A stretch of DNA of 64,000 nt from the NCBI GenBank assembly GCA_963819655.1, contig CAWFXA010000002.1, positions 1,568,001 through 1,632,000 of the forward strand. Direction: 5' to 3'. The first letter of the stretch is position 1; every line of letters starts with the position of its first letter. The notes beneath the pieces are model-generated. The model was not told the DNA's origin, searched no databases, and worked only from the letters and a program-made list of their open reading frames with translations. Shown here piece by piece: positions 32,083 through 41,956 of the stretch. This stretch comes from an uncultured Chloroflexia bacterium (lineage in GTDB: Bacteria; Chloroflexota; Limnocylindria; Limnocylindrales; CSP1-4). The position numbers were made by a program, and so were the translations under genes.

Positions 32083-32439
32083 TCACGTGCGGGTCGAGCC
32101 GTCGCTCCCGCCCCCGTCGCGATCCTCCCGGTCACGTGCGCGGTCCCGCGCCTCCAACGCCCGCGTCGCGGTGAACAGGCGTCGGTAGAGGGCGAGGAGA
32201 TCGGCCTGTGGCATCGGTCCCTCGTTGGCCATCGACACGCGCAGCAGGATCTCGCGCTCCCGCTCGGCATCGCGGATGGCGGTCCTGCCGGCCTCGGCCT
32301 TGGCCTGCCCGGCGTCCCGCGCGAGCCGGGCGCGCTCGTTGAGCAGCGCGACGATCCGCCGATCGAGCACGTCGATGCGGCGCCGCAAGCGCCGCAGCTC
32401 AGGCGTTTCCGGGACGGCACGAACTCGGCGGTCAGCCAT
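32083..32439 (-). CDS. Chorismate mutase (AroQ class)
   Basis: LRRRIDVLDRRIVALLNERA...K...IRDAERE. Confidence 0.9.
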   Translation of the reverse strand: MADRRVRAVPETPELRRLRRRIDVLDRRIVALLNERARLARDAGQAKAEAGRTAIRDAEREREILLRVSMANEGPMPQADLLALYRRLFTATRALEARDRARDREDRDGGGSDGSTRT

Positions 32440-32872
32440 CGTCGCCACCGAACCGCCGGGCGATCGATTCGAGCGCGAGGTGATAGCCGCGGGCGCCCTG
32501 CCCGACGATCGACTCGAGCGCGATGTCGTGCACGAAGTTCACGTGCCGGAAGGGCTCGCGGGTCGACGGGTCCGACAGGTGGACCTCGATGAACGGCCGC
32601 TGGACGGCGAGCAGCGCGTCTCGCAGCGCCACGCTCGTATGGGTCAGCCCGCCGGCGTTGACGATCGCGACGTCGAAGTCGCGCGCGTGCAGGCGGTCGA
32701 TCAGGGCGCCCTCGTGGTTCGACTGGAAGAAGTCGACCTCGAGTCGGAGCTCACGTGCACGCTGCTCGATCCCCGCGTGGATCTCGTCGAGCGTCTCGTA
32801 GCCATAGATCTCGGGCTCCCGCGTCCCGACGAGGTTGAGGTTGGGTCCCTGGAGGACGAGCACCCGCGTCAT
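32432..32872 (-). CDS. aroQ: Type II 3-dehydroquinate dehydratase
   Basis: GPNLNLVGTREPEIYG, QSNHEG, THTSVALRDA and EVHLS. Confidence 0.95.
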   Translation of the reverse strand: MTRVLVLQGPNLNLVGTREPEIYGYETLDEIHAGIEQRARELRLEVDFFQSNHEGALIDRLHARDFDVAIVNAGGLTHTSVALRDALLAVQRPFIEVHLSDPSTREPFRHVNFVHDIALESIVGQGARGYHLALESIARRFGGDDG

Positions 32873-34521
32873 CGGGCGGTCCCGGCAGCAAGCATCGCCC
32901 CAGCCGCATCGACGACGACATCGTCGCCCACGTCGCTGCGCACCTCCGCCGCGTCCGCCGTGGGCAGCACCCAGCGCAGCCGCCCGCCGGCGTGCTTCTT
33001 GTCCGCGGCCAGGTGCCGCAGGACGTCGTCGAGCTGGTAGGGGAGCGGCTCGGTCGCCAGGCCCAGCGTGTCGAGCAGTCGGCCGATCCGTGCCGCGCGG
33101 TCCGGCGGCGTGACGCCGACCGCCTCGCCGATCCGGCACGCGGCGCGCAGCCCGTATGCGACCGCCTCGCCATGCAGCAGCCCCTCGAAGCCCGCCGCCG
33201 CTTCGACCGCGTGGCCCAGCGAGTGACCCAGGTTGAGCGTGATGCGCCCGCTCCCCCCGTTGCGTTCGCGCTCATCGGCGATCACGACGTCGACCTTCGC
33301 CCAGGCGCAGCGCTCGACCAGTTCGGCGACCTCGCCTCGCGCGACCGAGGCCTTGTCGCCCCGGGCGATCTCGTCGCCATGACGCTCGAGCAGCTCGAAC
33401 AGGCGCTCATCACCGAGTGCCGCCATCTTGACCGCCTCGCCGAGAGCCGCCCGTCGCTGGCGCTCCGGCAACGTGGCGAGCAACGCGACGTCGATGACGA
33501 TGTCCGAGGGCTGGTGGAACGCCCCGACCAGGTTCTTCCCCTCCGGCAGGTCGACCGCGGTCTTGCCGCCGATCGACGAGTCGATCTGAGCGACCAGCGT
33601 CGTCGGCACGTGGACGAGCGCGACCCCGCGCAGATAGGTGGCGGCCAGGAATCCGGCCGCGTCGCCGAGCGCGCCGCCCCCGATCGCGACGATCGGCTCA
33701 TCCCGCCCGACCCGGTGCTGGGACAGCTCGCTTGCGGCAGTCTCGATCACGGACAGGCGCTTGGCGGCCTCGCCCTCCGGAAGCAGGACTGTCACGACGG
33801 TGCGCCCGGCGACCTCCAGCGCCTCGGCGATGCGCTGGCCCACCGCGGTCCAGGCGCCGGGCTCCGAGATCAGGATCGCCCGGCGCGCTTCGAGACGACC
33901 GAGCACCCGTTCGATGGCGGCGGCCGCGATCCCGTCACCGATCACGATGCGTCCGATCGGCGTGCTGGCGCTCAGAAGCGTCGTGCCACCCGACGCACGA
34001 TCCGCCGGCTCGGCGAGGTGCGCTTCGACCGCCGCCACCACGCTCGTGACCTCCGCGACGCCGACGATGTGAAGGTCCGCAGCCGCATAGAACCGCTCAC
34101 GTCGCGCGGCCAGGTCGCGGATCGCACCGATCGGGTCCCGCCCGATGATCAGCGGGCGCACGTGCGGCGAGCGCCGCAGGCGCTGGGCGAGGACTTCCGG
34201 CCGCCCATCGAGCCAGATGCTCAGGCGACCGCGATAGAGCGACCAGCGGTTGCGCGGGTCGACGATCGCACCACCGCCCGTGGCCACGACACGCTGGACC
34301 GCCGGCGCCGGATCGGCCTCGCCCAGGTCATCGACGGCGCGCCGTTCGAGCGTGCGGAATGCCGCCTCGCCATCCTCGGCAAAGATCGTCGGGATCGGCC
34401 GGCCGTCGTCGCGCTCGATCCGCTCGTCGAGGTCGATGAAGGTGGCGCCGTGCCGCTGGGCCAGGCGCTTGCCCACGACGCTCTTGCCGCTGCCGGGCAG
34501 CCCGACGAGGACGATGTCCAT
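32869..34521 (-). CDS. aroKB: Bifunctional shikimate kinase / 3-dehydroquinate synthase
   Basis: GLPGSGKS, GEAAFR and TGGG (AroK), then GGGALGD, PTTLVAQIDSSIGGKT, KNLVGAF and LNLGHSLGHAVE (AroB). Confidence 0.93.
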   Translation of the reverse strand: MDIVLVGLPGSGKSVVGKRLAQRHGATFIDLDERIERDDGRPIPTIFAEDGEAAFRTLERRAVDDLGEADPAPAVQRVVATGGGAIVDPRNRWSLYRGRLSIWLDGRPEVLAQRLRRSPHVRPLIIGRDPIGAIRDLAARRERFYAAADLHIVGVAEVTSVVAAVEAHLAEPADRASGGTTLLSASTPIGRIVIGDGIAAAAIERVLGRLEARRAILISEPGAWTAVGQRIAEALEVAGRTVVTVLLPEGEAAKRLSVIETAASELSQHRVGRDEPIVAIGGGALGDAAGFLAATYLRGVALVHVPTTLVAQIDSSIGGKTAVDLPEGKNLVGAFHQPSDIVIDVALLATLPERQRRAALGEAVKMAALGDERLFELLERHGDEIARGDKASVARGEVAELVERCAWAKVDVVIADERERNGGSGRITLNLGHSLGHAVEAAAGFEGLLHGEAVAYGLRAACRIGEAVGVTPPDRAARIGRLLDTLGLATEPLPYQLDDVLRHLAADKKHAGGRLRWVLPTADAAEVRSDVGDDVVVDAAGAMLAAGTAR

Positions 34522-34532
34522 CGCATCCGGCC

Positions 34533-35846
34533 TCAGTCGTCGCCGCCGGAGCCGGCCTCGTCCGAGCCGGTCAGCCCGTGGCGTGCCTCGACCGGCCCGT
34601 CGGTCGTTCCGGCTGCGGCACCGACGACGGGCGAGTCCAGCGGCCGGGCGATCCGGGCCCGATACGTTTCGAGGTTGGCCACGGCATCGGCGATCGTGTC
34701 GCCACCGGTCTTCTCGAGTGCGAAGCGAGCCAGGGTCAGCATGACCATCGCCTCCGCGACGATCCCCGCCGCCGGCACGACGCTGATGTCGCTGCGCTCG
34801 TAGTGCGCCTTCTCGACGGGCTCGCCGGTGATCAGGTCGGCCGATGGCAGCGGCCGGGCAAGCGTCGAGATCGGCTTGACTGCGCCGCGGACGACGAGCG
34901 GCTCGCCGTTCGTCACGCCGCCGGTCAGGCCGCCGGCGTTGTTCGATCGATGGACCCACCGGCCGGCACCGTCCCGACCGGCGATGACGTCATGGACGGC
35001 CGAGCCGAACCGCCTCGTCTGCTCGAACCCCAGCCCGAACTCGACACCTTTGACGATGTTGATGCTCATGACTGCGGCGGCCAGGGCCCCGTCGAGCCGG
35101 CGGTCCCAATGCACGTACGACCCGAGCCCGATCGGCAGGCCGTGGGCGACGACCTCGAACACGCCCCCGACGGTGTCGCCGTTGGAGCGTGCCTCGTCGA
35201 TGCGGGCGATCATGGCGGTCTCGGCACTCGGGTCGGGGCAGCGCAGCGGCGACGCGTCCGCCTCGTCGCGCGAGCGCGTGCAGTTGGCCGGATCGACCGC
35301 GACCCCACCGACCTCCGCCGTGAACGACCAGACCTCGATGCCGAGCTCCCGCAGGAATGCACGTGCGACCGCGCCGGCCGCGACCCTGGCCGCGGTCTCG
35401 CGCGCCGATGCACGTTCGAGGACGTTGCGGACGTCGTTGAAGCCGTACTTCAGGGCCCCTGCCAGGTCCGCGTGCCCGGGCCGCACGCGAGTCACCGGAG
35501 TCGCCCGCTTGTCGCCGCCGTCGGCGAGCTCCGCAAGGTCGCGCGCCTCGTCATCGGACAGCGGCGCGACCTGCATCACCTTCGTCCAGTTCTCCCAGTC
35601 CCGGTTGCGAACGAGCAGCAGGACCGGTGAACCGAGCGTCACGCCGTGGCGGACGCCGCCGAGGATCTCGGCGCGGTCCTGTTCGATCTGCTGCCGCGCG
35701 CCACGGCCGTAGCCCTTCTGCCGACGGGCGAGATCGACGGCGATGGCGTCCTCGGTCAGGGCGAGGCCGGCCGGCACGCCCTCGATCGTCACGCCGAGCG
35801 CCGGTCCGTGCGACTCCCCGGCGGTCAGGAAGCGGAAGGCGGTCAC
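34533..35846 (-). CDS. aroC: Chorismate synthase
   Basis: TAGESHG, RPGHAD, ERASARET and ERSD. Confidence 0.96.
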   Translation of the reverse strand: MTAFRFLTAGESHGPALGVTIEGVPAGLALTEDAIAVDLARRQKGYGRGARQQIEQDRAEILGGVRHGVTLGSPVLLLVRNRDWENWTKVMQVAPLSDDEARDLAELADGGDKRATPVTRVRPGHADLAGALKYGFNDVRNVLERASARETAARVAAGAVARAFLRELGIEVWSFTAEVGGVAVDPANCTRSRDEADASPLRCPDPSAETAMIARIDEARSNGDTVGGVFEVVAHGLPIGLGSYVHWDRRLDGALAAAVMSINIVKGVEFGLGFEQTRRFGSAVHDVIAGRDGAGRWVHRSNNAGGLTGGVTNGEPLVVRGAVKPISTLARPLPSADLITGEPVEKAHYERSDISVVPAAGIVAEAMVMLTLARFALEKTGGDTIADAVANLETYRARIARPLDSPVVGAAAGTTDGPVEARHGLTGSDEAGSGGDD

Positions 35847-36736
35847 TCGGCGGCGGCCACCGCCGGTTCACCGGTCGGCTCGCCCTCGGCTGAGCGAAGA
35901 CCGCCGGCACGGGCCTCGGCCAGCTTGCTCTGCATGAGCTCGAGCGGTGCCGGCTGGCCGGTCCACAACGTGAACGCCGCGGCGCCCTGGTGCAGCAGCA
36001 TCAGTTCGCCGTCCAGCGTCGTCGCGCCGGCCGCATCGGCATCGCGCAGCAGGCGTGTTCGGGCATAGATGAGGTCGAGCACGAGCAGCTCGTCGTTCAG
36101 GACTTCGGGCGGTACCGGGCTGACGTCGGCCGTCAGGCCGATCGAAGTCGCGTTGATGAGGATCTTGGCCTTGGCGATCTCTGACTCGATGATCGACTCG
36201 TGCCACGGCATCGCGCGCAGCTCCATGTGCGCGGCCGTCCGGCCGAAGTGCTTGACCAGCCCTTCGGCGCGGTGCAGGTGACGGTTGAACACGATGACCC
36301 GCTGGAAGCCTTCGCGGATGAGTCCGAAGACGACCGCGCGCGCGCCGCCGCCCGCGCCCAGGACGACGGCCCCCTTCGGCATCTTCTGTCGTCCGACGAT
36401 GCGGTCCAAAGCGACCTTGAACCCGGCCACGTCGGTGTTGTGGCCGATGAGGCGCTTGCCCTCGCGCGTGATCGTGTTGACCGCGCCGGTCGACGACGCC
36501 TCCTCCGTCAGGCGGTCGACCATCGGCACGACCCGCTCCTTGTGCGGGATCGTGACGTTGGCACCCAGGAAGTCGTCGGAACGGAGACCGCTCACAGCGT
36601 CCGGGAGTTCGATCGGGGCCCGATCCCACAGCTCGTAGCGGGCGTCGATCCCGAGCTCGTCGAAGGCGGCCTGTTGCATCGCGCCAGACAACGAATGCGC
36701 GACGGGATGGCCGATGAGGACGACGCGCTTCGTCAT
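35843..36736 (-). CDS. aroE: Shikimate dehydrogenase
   Basis: GHPVAHSLS, NVTIPHK, GAVNT, NTD and GAGGGARA. Confidence 0.94.
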   Translation of the reverse strand: MTKRVVLIGHPVAHSLSGAMQQAAFDELGIDARYELWDRAPIELPDAVSGLRSDDFLGANVTIPHKERVVPMVDRLTEEASSTGAVNTITREGKRLIGHNTDVAGFKVALDRIVGRQKMPKGAVVLGAGGGARAVVFGLIREGFQRVIVFNRHLHRAEGLVKHFGRTAAHMELRAMPWHESIIESEIAKAKILINATSIGLTADVSPVPPEVLNDELLVLDLIYARTRLLRDADAAGATTLDGELMLLHQGAAAFTLWTGQPAPLELMQSKLAEARAGGLRSAEGEPTGEPAVAAAE

Positions 36737-38076
36737 GCTCGTACCCCTTCCAGATCGGCGAAGAAGCCGGGATAGGAGATGGCGGCCGAGGCGGGCCGCT
36801 CGATGATCGTGCGATCGGTCGCGACCAGGCCCGCCACGGCGAACGTCATCGCGAGACGGTGGTCGTCGAGGCTGTCGGTGGTGGCACCGTGCAGCTCGGC
36901 GGACCCGTGGACCACGAGATCGTCGCCATCGACCTCGACGCGGGCGCCGAGCGCAGACAGACCCGCCGCGATACCGGCGATACGGTCGGATTCCTTGTGA
37001 CGGAGTTCGCCCGCGCCACGGATCGTCGTGGTGCCACGCGCTCGCGTCGCGGCCAGGCACAGCACAGGGATCTCGTCGATCGCCGAGGCCACCTCGGCAG
37101 GCCCCAGATCGATGGCTCGGAGGTCCGATGACCGCACGACGAGATCGGCGATGGGTTCGCCGGCGTCGGGGTCATCAGTGGTCGGCGACGGACGCTCCTC
37201 GATATCGGCGCCCATCGCGCGCAGAAGGTCGATGACGGCCCGCCGAGTCGGGTTGACACCGACACCGCGGAGGACGAGCTCGGCATCGGGGTGGATGGCG
37301 CCCGCGACGAGCCAGAAGGCCGCTGCCGAGACATCGGCCGGCACGTGCTGATCGATGGGCTGCACCGCCGTCCCTCCTTCCACCGTCCAGGCGACGCCGC
37401 CATCGTCGCCGACCACGCGACTCACGGGCACGCCCCGAGCTCTCAGCATGCGCTCCGTGTGGTCGCGCGTCGCGACTCGTTCCCGGACCGTCGTCCGACC
37501 CTCGGCGCGGAGGCCGGCCAGCAGGATCGCCGACTTGACCTGTGCCGATGGGACCGGCGTCGCGTAGTCCACCGCCCTCAGCGGGGTATGCCCGACCACG
37601 GTGAGGGGAGGGAGGGAATCGTGACGTCGACCGTGGAGCTCCGCGCCCATTCGGCGCAGTGGCTCGATGATACGAGCGACCGGACGGCGTCGCAATGAGT
37701 CATCGCCGTCCAGGACCGCCGTCATCGGCAGCCCGGCAAGCATCCCGGCGATGAGCCGCAGGCTCGTCCCGGAGTTCCCGCAATGGATGTCGTCAGCCGG
37801 TTGGCGCAGACCATCGGCACCTGGCGAGACGACGTCGTAGGCGACGTTGCGACCGTCGTCATCCGGGCGCGCTGCGAGGGTGGCACCGAGCGCACGCATC
37901 GCCCCGGCCGTCGATCGGACATCGGCGCCATCGCCAGCCCCGGTGATCCGGCTCTGGCCGGCCGCCAGCGTCGCGAACAGCAAAGCGCGATGGCTGATCG
38001 ATTTGTCGCCGGGCAGCCGCAGCTCAGCGCGCAGGCGGGCGGCGGGCGTGACCGTGGCGACGTCGGTGGCGATCAA
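36733..38076 (-). CDS. aroA: 3-phosphoshikimate 1-carboxyvinyltransferase (EPSP synthase)
   Basis: [30 protein letters not shown] and DHR. Probable TTG start overlaps the aroF stop. Confidence 0.95.
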   Translation of the reverse strand: MIATDVATVTPAARLRAELRLPGDKSISHRALLFATLAAGQSRITGAGDGADVRSTAGAMRALGATLAARPDDDGRNVAYDVVSPGADGLRQPADDIHCGNSGTSLRLIAGMLAGLPMTAVLDGDDSLRRRPVARIIEPLRRMGAELHGRRHDSLPPLTVVGHTPLRAVDYATPVPSAQVKSAILLAGLRAEGRTTVRERVATRDHTERMLRARGVPVSRVVGDDGGVAWTVEGGTAVQPIDQHVPADVSAAAFWLVAGAIHPDAELVLRGVGVNPTRRAVIDLLRAMGADIEERPSPTTDDPDAGEPIADLVVRSSDLRAIDLGPAEVASAIDEIPVLCLAATRARGTTTIRGAGELRHKESDRIAGIAAGLSALGARVEVDGDDLVVHGSAELHGATTDSLDDHRLAMTFAVAGLVATDRTIIERPASAAISYPGFFADLEGVRA

Positions 38077-39164
38077 TGCTTCCCCAGCCCGTCGTCCGCG
38101 CCAAAGCCGGCCCCCGCGCCGGCGCCCACGAGGAACGGGTCGCCATGGAGTCCTCGGACGTGCTCGTGGACCGGCACGAGGGCGTCCATGAGCGAGCGGA
38201 ACTGATCGAGGGTGAGCTGCTGTTCGGCGTCCGACAGCGCCTGGTCGGGGTTGGGATGGACCTCGACCATGACCCCGTCGGCCCCGACCGCGACCCCGCC
38301 GATCGCGAGGGGCTTGACCAGCCAGCGCTTGCCGGTCGCGTGACTCGGGTCGACGATGACCGGCAGGTGGGTCAGGTGATGGAGGAGCGGCACTGCCGCG
38401 AGATCCATGGTGTTGCGCGTGTAAGTCTCGAACGTCCGGATGCCGCGCTCGCACAGGATCACGTTCGGGTTGCCGGAGCTGACGATGTACTCGGCGGCCA
38501 TCAACCATTCCTCGACGGTGGCGCCATAACCGCGTTTGAGCATCACCGGCCGGGCCACTCGCCCGACGTCGCGCAGCAGCGAGTAGTTCTGCATGTTCCG
38601 GGTGCCGATCTGGAGGATGTCCGCGTACTCGGCGACGATGTCGACCTGCGACGGCTCCATAACCTCCGTGATGATCGGCAGGCCGGTCCGCTCGCGGGCC
38701 TCCGCCAGGTAGCGGAGAGCCTCGACACCGAGCCCCTGAAAGGCGTACGGGCTCGTCCGCGGCTTGAACGCGCCGCCGCGCAGGATCGTCGCGCCGGCCG
38801 CCTTCACGGCATCCGCGGTCTCGAACAGTTGGTCGCGGCTCTCGACCGAGCAGGGGCCGGCCATGACCGTGAGCGAACCGTCGCCGATCGCCGCGTCGAG
38901 GACGCGGATGACGGTGTCGTCCGGCTTGAACTCCCGAGATGTCAGTTTGAACGGCCGGCTGATCGGGGTGACGCGGTCGACTCCGGCCATTGCCGCGAAC
39001 GCTTCGAGGAGGTCAGGTTTGCGCGACCCGATCTCGCCCACGACGGCGATGACGACGTGGTCGGTGTCCTGATGGTCGAACGGCGTCAGACCCTCAGCCA
39101 GGATCCGGCTCTTGACTCCCAGGACCTCGGCCTCACTGGCGCCGGAGGTCATCACGACGAACAT
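38073..39164 (-). CDS. aroF: DAHP synthase class I-beta with N-terminal regulatory domain
   Basis: [27 protein letters not shown] and DPSH. Confidence 0.95.
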   Translation of the reverse strand: MFVVMTSGASEAEVLGVKSRILAEGLTPFDHQDTDHVVIAVVGEIGSRKPDLLEAFAAMAGVDRVTPISRPFKLTSREFKPDDTVIRVLDAAIGDGSLTVMAGPCSVESRDQLFETADAVKAAGATILRGGAFKPRTSPYAFQGLGVEALRYLAEARERTGLPIITEVMEPSQVDIVAEYADILQIGTRNMQNYSLLRDVGRVARPVMLKRGYGATVEEWLMAAEYIVSSGNPNVILCERGIRTFETYTRNTMDLAAVPLLHHLTHLPVIVDPSHATGKRWLVKPLAIGGVAVGADGVMVEVHPNPDQALSDAEQQLTLDQFRSLMDALVPVHEHVRGLHGDPFLVGAGAGAGFGADDGLGKH

Positions 39165-39202
39165 CGCGGTGCGGTCTCCTCGTTGGATCGAGGTCGGCCA
39201 AA

Positions 39203-39231
39203 CAAAAAAGCAGAGGTCTGGCCTCTGCTTC
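39203..39231 (-). terminator. Attenuator terminator upstream of aroF
   Basis: Minus strand AAGCAGAGG-CCAGA-CCTCTGCTT followed by TTTTG. Confidence 0.88.
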
Positions 39232-39278
39232 GTTCGCCCGGCACGACCCGTGCCCCCGGTCCTAGTGACCGAAGACGT

Positions 39279-39314
39279 TCATGCCGGGCATCGAAAGTAG
39301 AAGGTCGGGCGCAT
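39279..39314 (-). CDS. aro operon leader peptide MRPTFYFRCPA
   Basis: ATG CGC CCG ACC TTC TAC TTT CGA TGC CCG GCA TGA lies between the promoter and terminator, with tandem Phe-Tyr-Phe codons. Confidence 0.8.
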   Translation of the reverse strand: MRPTFYFRCPA

Positions 39315-39325
39315 GTGTGCAGCGG

Positions 39326-39354
39326 AGTGTGCCGAGCACGGCCGCGCGTGTCAA
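39326..39354 (-). promoter_or_regulatory. Sigma70 promoter of the aro operon
   Basis: TTGACA-N17-CACACT on the minus strand. Confidence 0.75.
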
Positions 39355-39604
39355 CGCACGGCTCCACTCCACCCGGGACGGCCCCGTCGGCCTACCGGGC
39401 GATGCAAGCCATAGATGCCATTTTGTCGATAGCCCTGCACGATCCATGTCCCACTCTGCGATCAATTGTCATCTGGGCTTGGAACCACGCACGGAGGTCC
39501 CGGATGTGCATCTGAGGCTGGCATCGGCGAGGTCGGATGACCGTCGGGAGCGCCGCCCGGAGGGCCTCGGACCCCATGGTAGGATGTCGCCCGCCGCAAG
39601 GGAC

Positions 39605-39696
39605 GGAGAGGTCGCATAGAGGCCTAGTGCAGCGGTTTGCTAAACCGCCATGTGGGGTAACCTGCATCGAGGGTTCGAATCCCTCCCTCTCCGCCA
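39605..39696 (+). tRNA. tRNA-Ser(GCU)
   Basis: Anticodon arm GCGGT-TT-GCT-AA-ACCGC, long variable arm and CCA. Confidence 0.96.
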
Positions 39697-39780
39697 ATCC
39701 CCGTTCGGATAGGCCCTTCTGAGCACTCCCGACACCTTCCGCGACGGTCCCACGACGACGGTCGCGTATCATCGGCCGGT

Positions 39781-40629
39781 ATGCTGCGCTTCGCGAACCA
39801 GCCGAACACGACCGGGACCGGCGGGCCGATCCGGGATGGTCATGGCAGCACCGGTGACGCGATCGGGGTCGAGATCTACGACCCCGAAACGAACCGGACC
39901 GTCGACACGAACGCGGCCGTGACCCTCACCCTGGGATCAGACTCCGCGCGTGGCACGCTGATCGGCGGCGCCGCCGACGCGGTCGCCGGGGTCGCCACGT
40001 TCCCGAACCTGTCGATCGATACGCCTGGCCCGCACAAGCTCGAGGCCAGCAGCCCGGCCGCCTCGAACACCCCCGTGTCCGACCAGTTCATGGTGTCCGA
40101 CACGGTGGCCATGTGTGAGGGCCCCGGCTGCAGCTTCACCGAGACCAAGGACCAGCACGGCTACACGACGACCCCGGAGCAGGGGTCGGCAGGCGCCGAA
40201 TGGGCCACATCGCTCAACCTGCCGGGCCTCCGGATCTCGTGCGATTTCGCGCCATTCGATTACCCGGACTCACGCCAGCCGAACACCGTCTGGTACAGCT
40301 ACGACGACGGGGACACCGGGTCCGCCAAGACGAACGTGATCGTCATCGACAAGGCGATCGTCTATGAGACGCCGGACAACGGCACGTCCGAGTATCGGGT
40401 CTGCTATTCGTCACCGGCGCCCTTCACCGACCGCACGGGCGACCTCGCCCAGCCGGATCCCTGGGAGGATGGTCCGAGCGCGTACTTCGGGACCACCTGG
40501 TTTACGGGGCTCCTGCCGGACTGCGACGAGAAGGATCCAGTGGCGCCGTGCGTCCTGAGATGGACCGAGGATGGCGGCGACCGCATCGGGACGTTCCTGG
40601 CTCCTCCGGGCGATCCTGGCTTTCGCTAG
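39781..40629 (+). CDS. Hypothetical extracellular-type protein (Ig-like N-terminal part, Cys-containing C-terminal part; no signal peptide)
   Basis: LRFANQP...GVATFPNLSIDTPG pattern; rich in T/G/D/P with several Cys. Confidence 0.65.
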   Translation: MLRFANQPNTTGTGGPIRDGHGSTGDAIGVEIYDPETNRTVDTNAAVTLTLGSDSARGTLIGGAADAVAGVATFPNLSIDTPGPHKLEASSPAASNTPVSDQFMVSDTVAMCEGPGCSFTETKDQHGYTTTPEQGSAGAEWATSLNLPGLRISCDFAPFDYPDSRQPNTVWYSYDDGDTGSAKTNVIVIDKAIVYETPDNGTSEYRVCYSSPAPFTDRTGDLAQPDPWEDGPSAYFGTTWFTGLLPDCDEKDPVAPCVLRWTEDGGDRIGTFLAPPGDPGFR

Positions 40630-40740
40630 GTCCGCGGGGCAACCGCCAGTAGATCCGGTCTGGAGCGGACGGCGGGGCGGTCGCTTATGATCGGATGGAC
40701 GTCGCTGGACGATGGCGGACTGGCCGAGAGCGGTCTCCTG

Positions 40741-40767
40741 AACCGCCATGTGGGGTAACCTGCGTCG
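40741..40767 (+). repeat. Direct repeat of the central part of tRNA-Ser(GCU) (att-like)
   Basis: AACCGCCATGTGGGGTAACCTGC is identical to 39643-39665 (23 bp; 26/27 when extended). Confidence 0.8.
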
Positions 40768-40776
40768 GCATCGCGT

Positions 40777-40852
40777 GCGCCCGTAGCTCAGTGGATAGAG
40801 CGTTAGGTTGCGGACCTAAAGGTCGTGAGTTCGAGTCTCGCCGGGCGCGCCA
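40777..40852 (+). tRNA. tRNA-Arg(GCG)
   Basis: GCGCCCG/CGGGCGC acceptor stem, D-loop AGTGGATA, anticodon arm TTAGG-TT-GCG-GA-CCTAA and CCA. Confidence 0.93.
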
Positions 40853-40984
40853 GCACTCTATTGAAGAACGGCCGTGCGGCCGGAACGAGCACGATCTCGG
40901 ACACTCAGATCGAGCCACAGCAGGCGACGAACCCCCGGCCCGATGGATTGCAGTCGATCGGCCGGCAGGGCACGCTAGCGCGGC

Positions 40985-41956
40985 ATGGAGCCATCGGAGG
41001 AGATTCGCCGGGTCATCGAGCGATGGACGATCGCGACGGCTCGGGGTGACGATGACCCCCTCGGGCGACTCTCGACGCATCCAGGCACGCTGATGATCGG
41101 CACGGACCCGGCCGAATGGTGGCTTGGTAGGGCCGCGCATGTGATCTGGGCTCGCCAGATCCGTGAGGTCGGTCCCTTTCCGGTCCGGGCGACAGAGATC
41201 GACGCCTGGGAAGAGGGGACCGTCGGCTGGGCAGCCGTCAAGGAGTCGATCGACTGGGAAGGTCGAACCCTGGAGTCGCGCGCGACGTACGTGCTTCACC
41301 TGGAACGCGACGAGTGGAAGATCGTGCAGGTCCACTGGTCGTTCCCCACCGCGAACACGGAAACCCTCGGCCGGGCGCTCACGGTTACGCTCGACGAGCT
41401 CGAGGAGACCGTTCGACGAGAGCAGCCCGACCTCACCGCCTCGCGCGCCGTCGACGGCACGGTCACGATCGTGTTCACCGACATCGTCGACTCGACGCCC
41501 ACGCTTGCGCGGCTCGGTGACGCGGCCTGGCTGGCGATCGTCCAACGCCACAACCAGCTGATCAGCGATGTCACCGCGGCCCATGACGGCGCCGTCGTCG
41601 AGACGCAGGGCGATGGGTCGATGCTCGCCTTCGCGAGCGCTCGCCGCGCGGTCGTGTGCGCGCAGGCCATCCAGCAGGAGATCGCGCGAGCCTTCGCCGA
41701 CCACTCGCCGCCGATCCGCGTGCGGATCGGGATCCACACCGGCGATGCCATCAAGGACGCCGAGCACTTCTACGGGACCACGGTGCACTACGCCGCGCGG
41801 GTCGCGAGCCATGCCGTCGGCGGCGAGGTCCTCGTGTCCAGTGCCGTTCACCTGCTCCTGCAGAGCACTGCCGAGTTCACGTTCCTTCCCGGCCGGGACG
41901 TCGAGCTGAAGGGGATCCCGGGACAGCATCGGTTGTACGCACTCGCATCGCGCTGA
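40985..41956 (+). CDS. Class III nucleotide cyclase with N-terminal SnoaL/NTF2-like domain
   Basis: WKIVQVHWS (SnoaL-like), then FTDIVDST, QGDG, RIGIHTG, AARV and ELKGIPG. Confidence 0.88.
   Translation: MEPSEEIRRVIERWTIATARGDDDPLGRLSTHPGTLMIGTDPAEWWLGRAAHVIWARQIREVGPFPVRATEIDAWEEGTVGWAAVKESIDWEGRTLESRATYVLHLERDEWKIVQVHWSFPTANTETLGRALTVTLDELEETVRREQPDLTASRAVDGTVTIVFTDIVDSTPTLARLGDAAWLAIVQRHNQLISDVTAAHDGAVVETQGDGSMLAFASARRAVVCAQAIQQEIARAFADHSPPIRVRIGIHTGDAIKDAEHFYGTTVHYAARVASHAVGGEVLVSSAVHLLLQSTAEFTFLPGRDVELKGIPGQHRLYALASR

Noticed and set aside
32869-34521. AroK-AroB fusion as a novelty
   Set aside because: This fusion is known from several bacterial groups.
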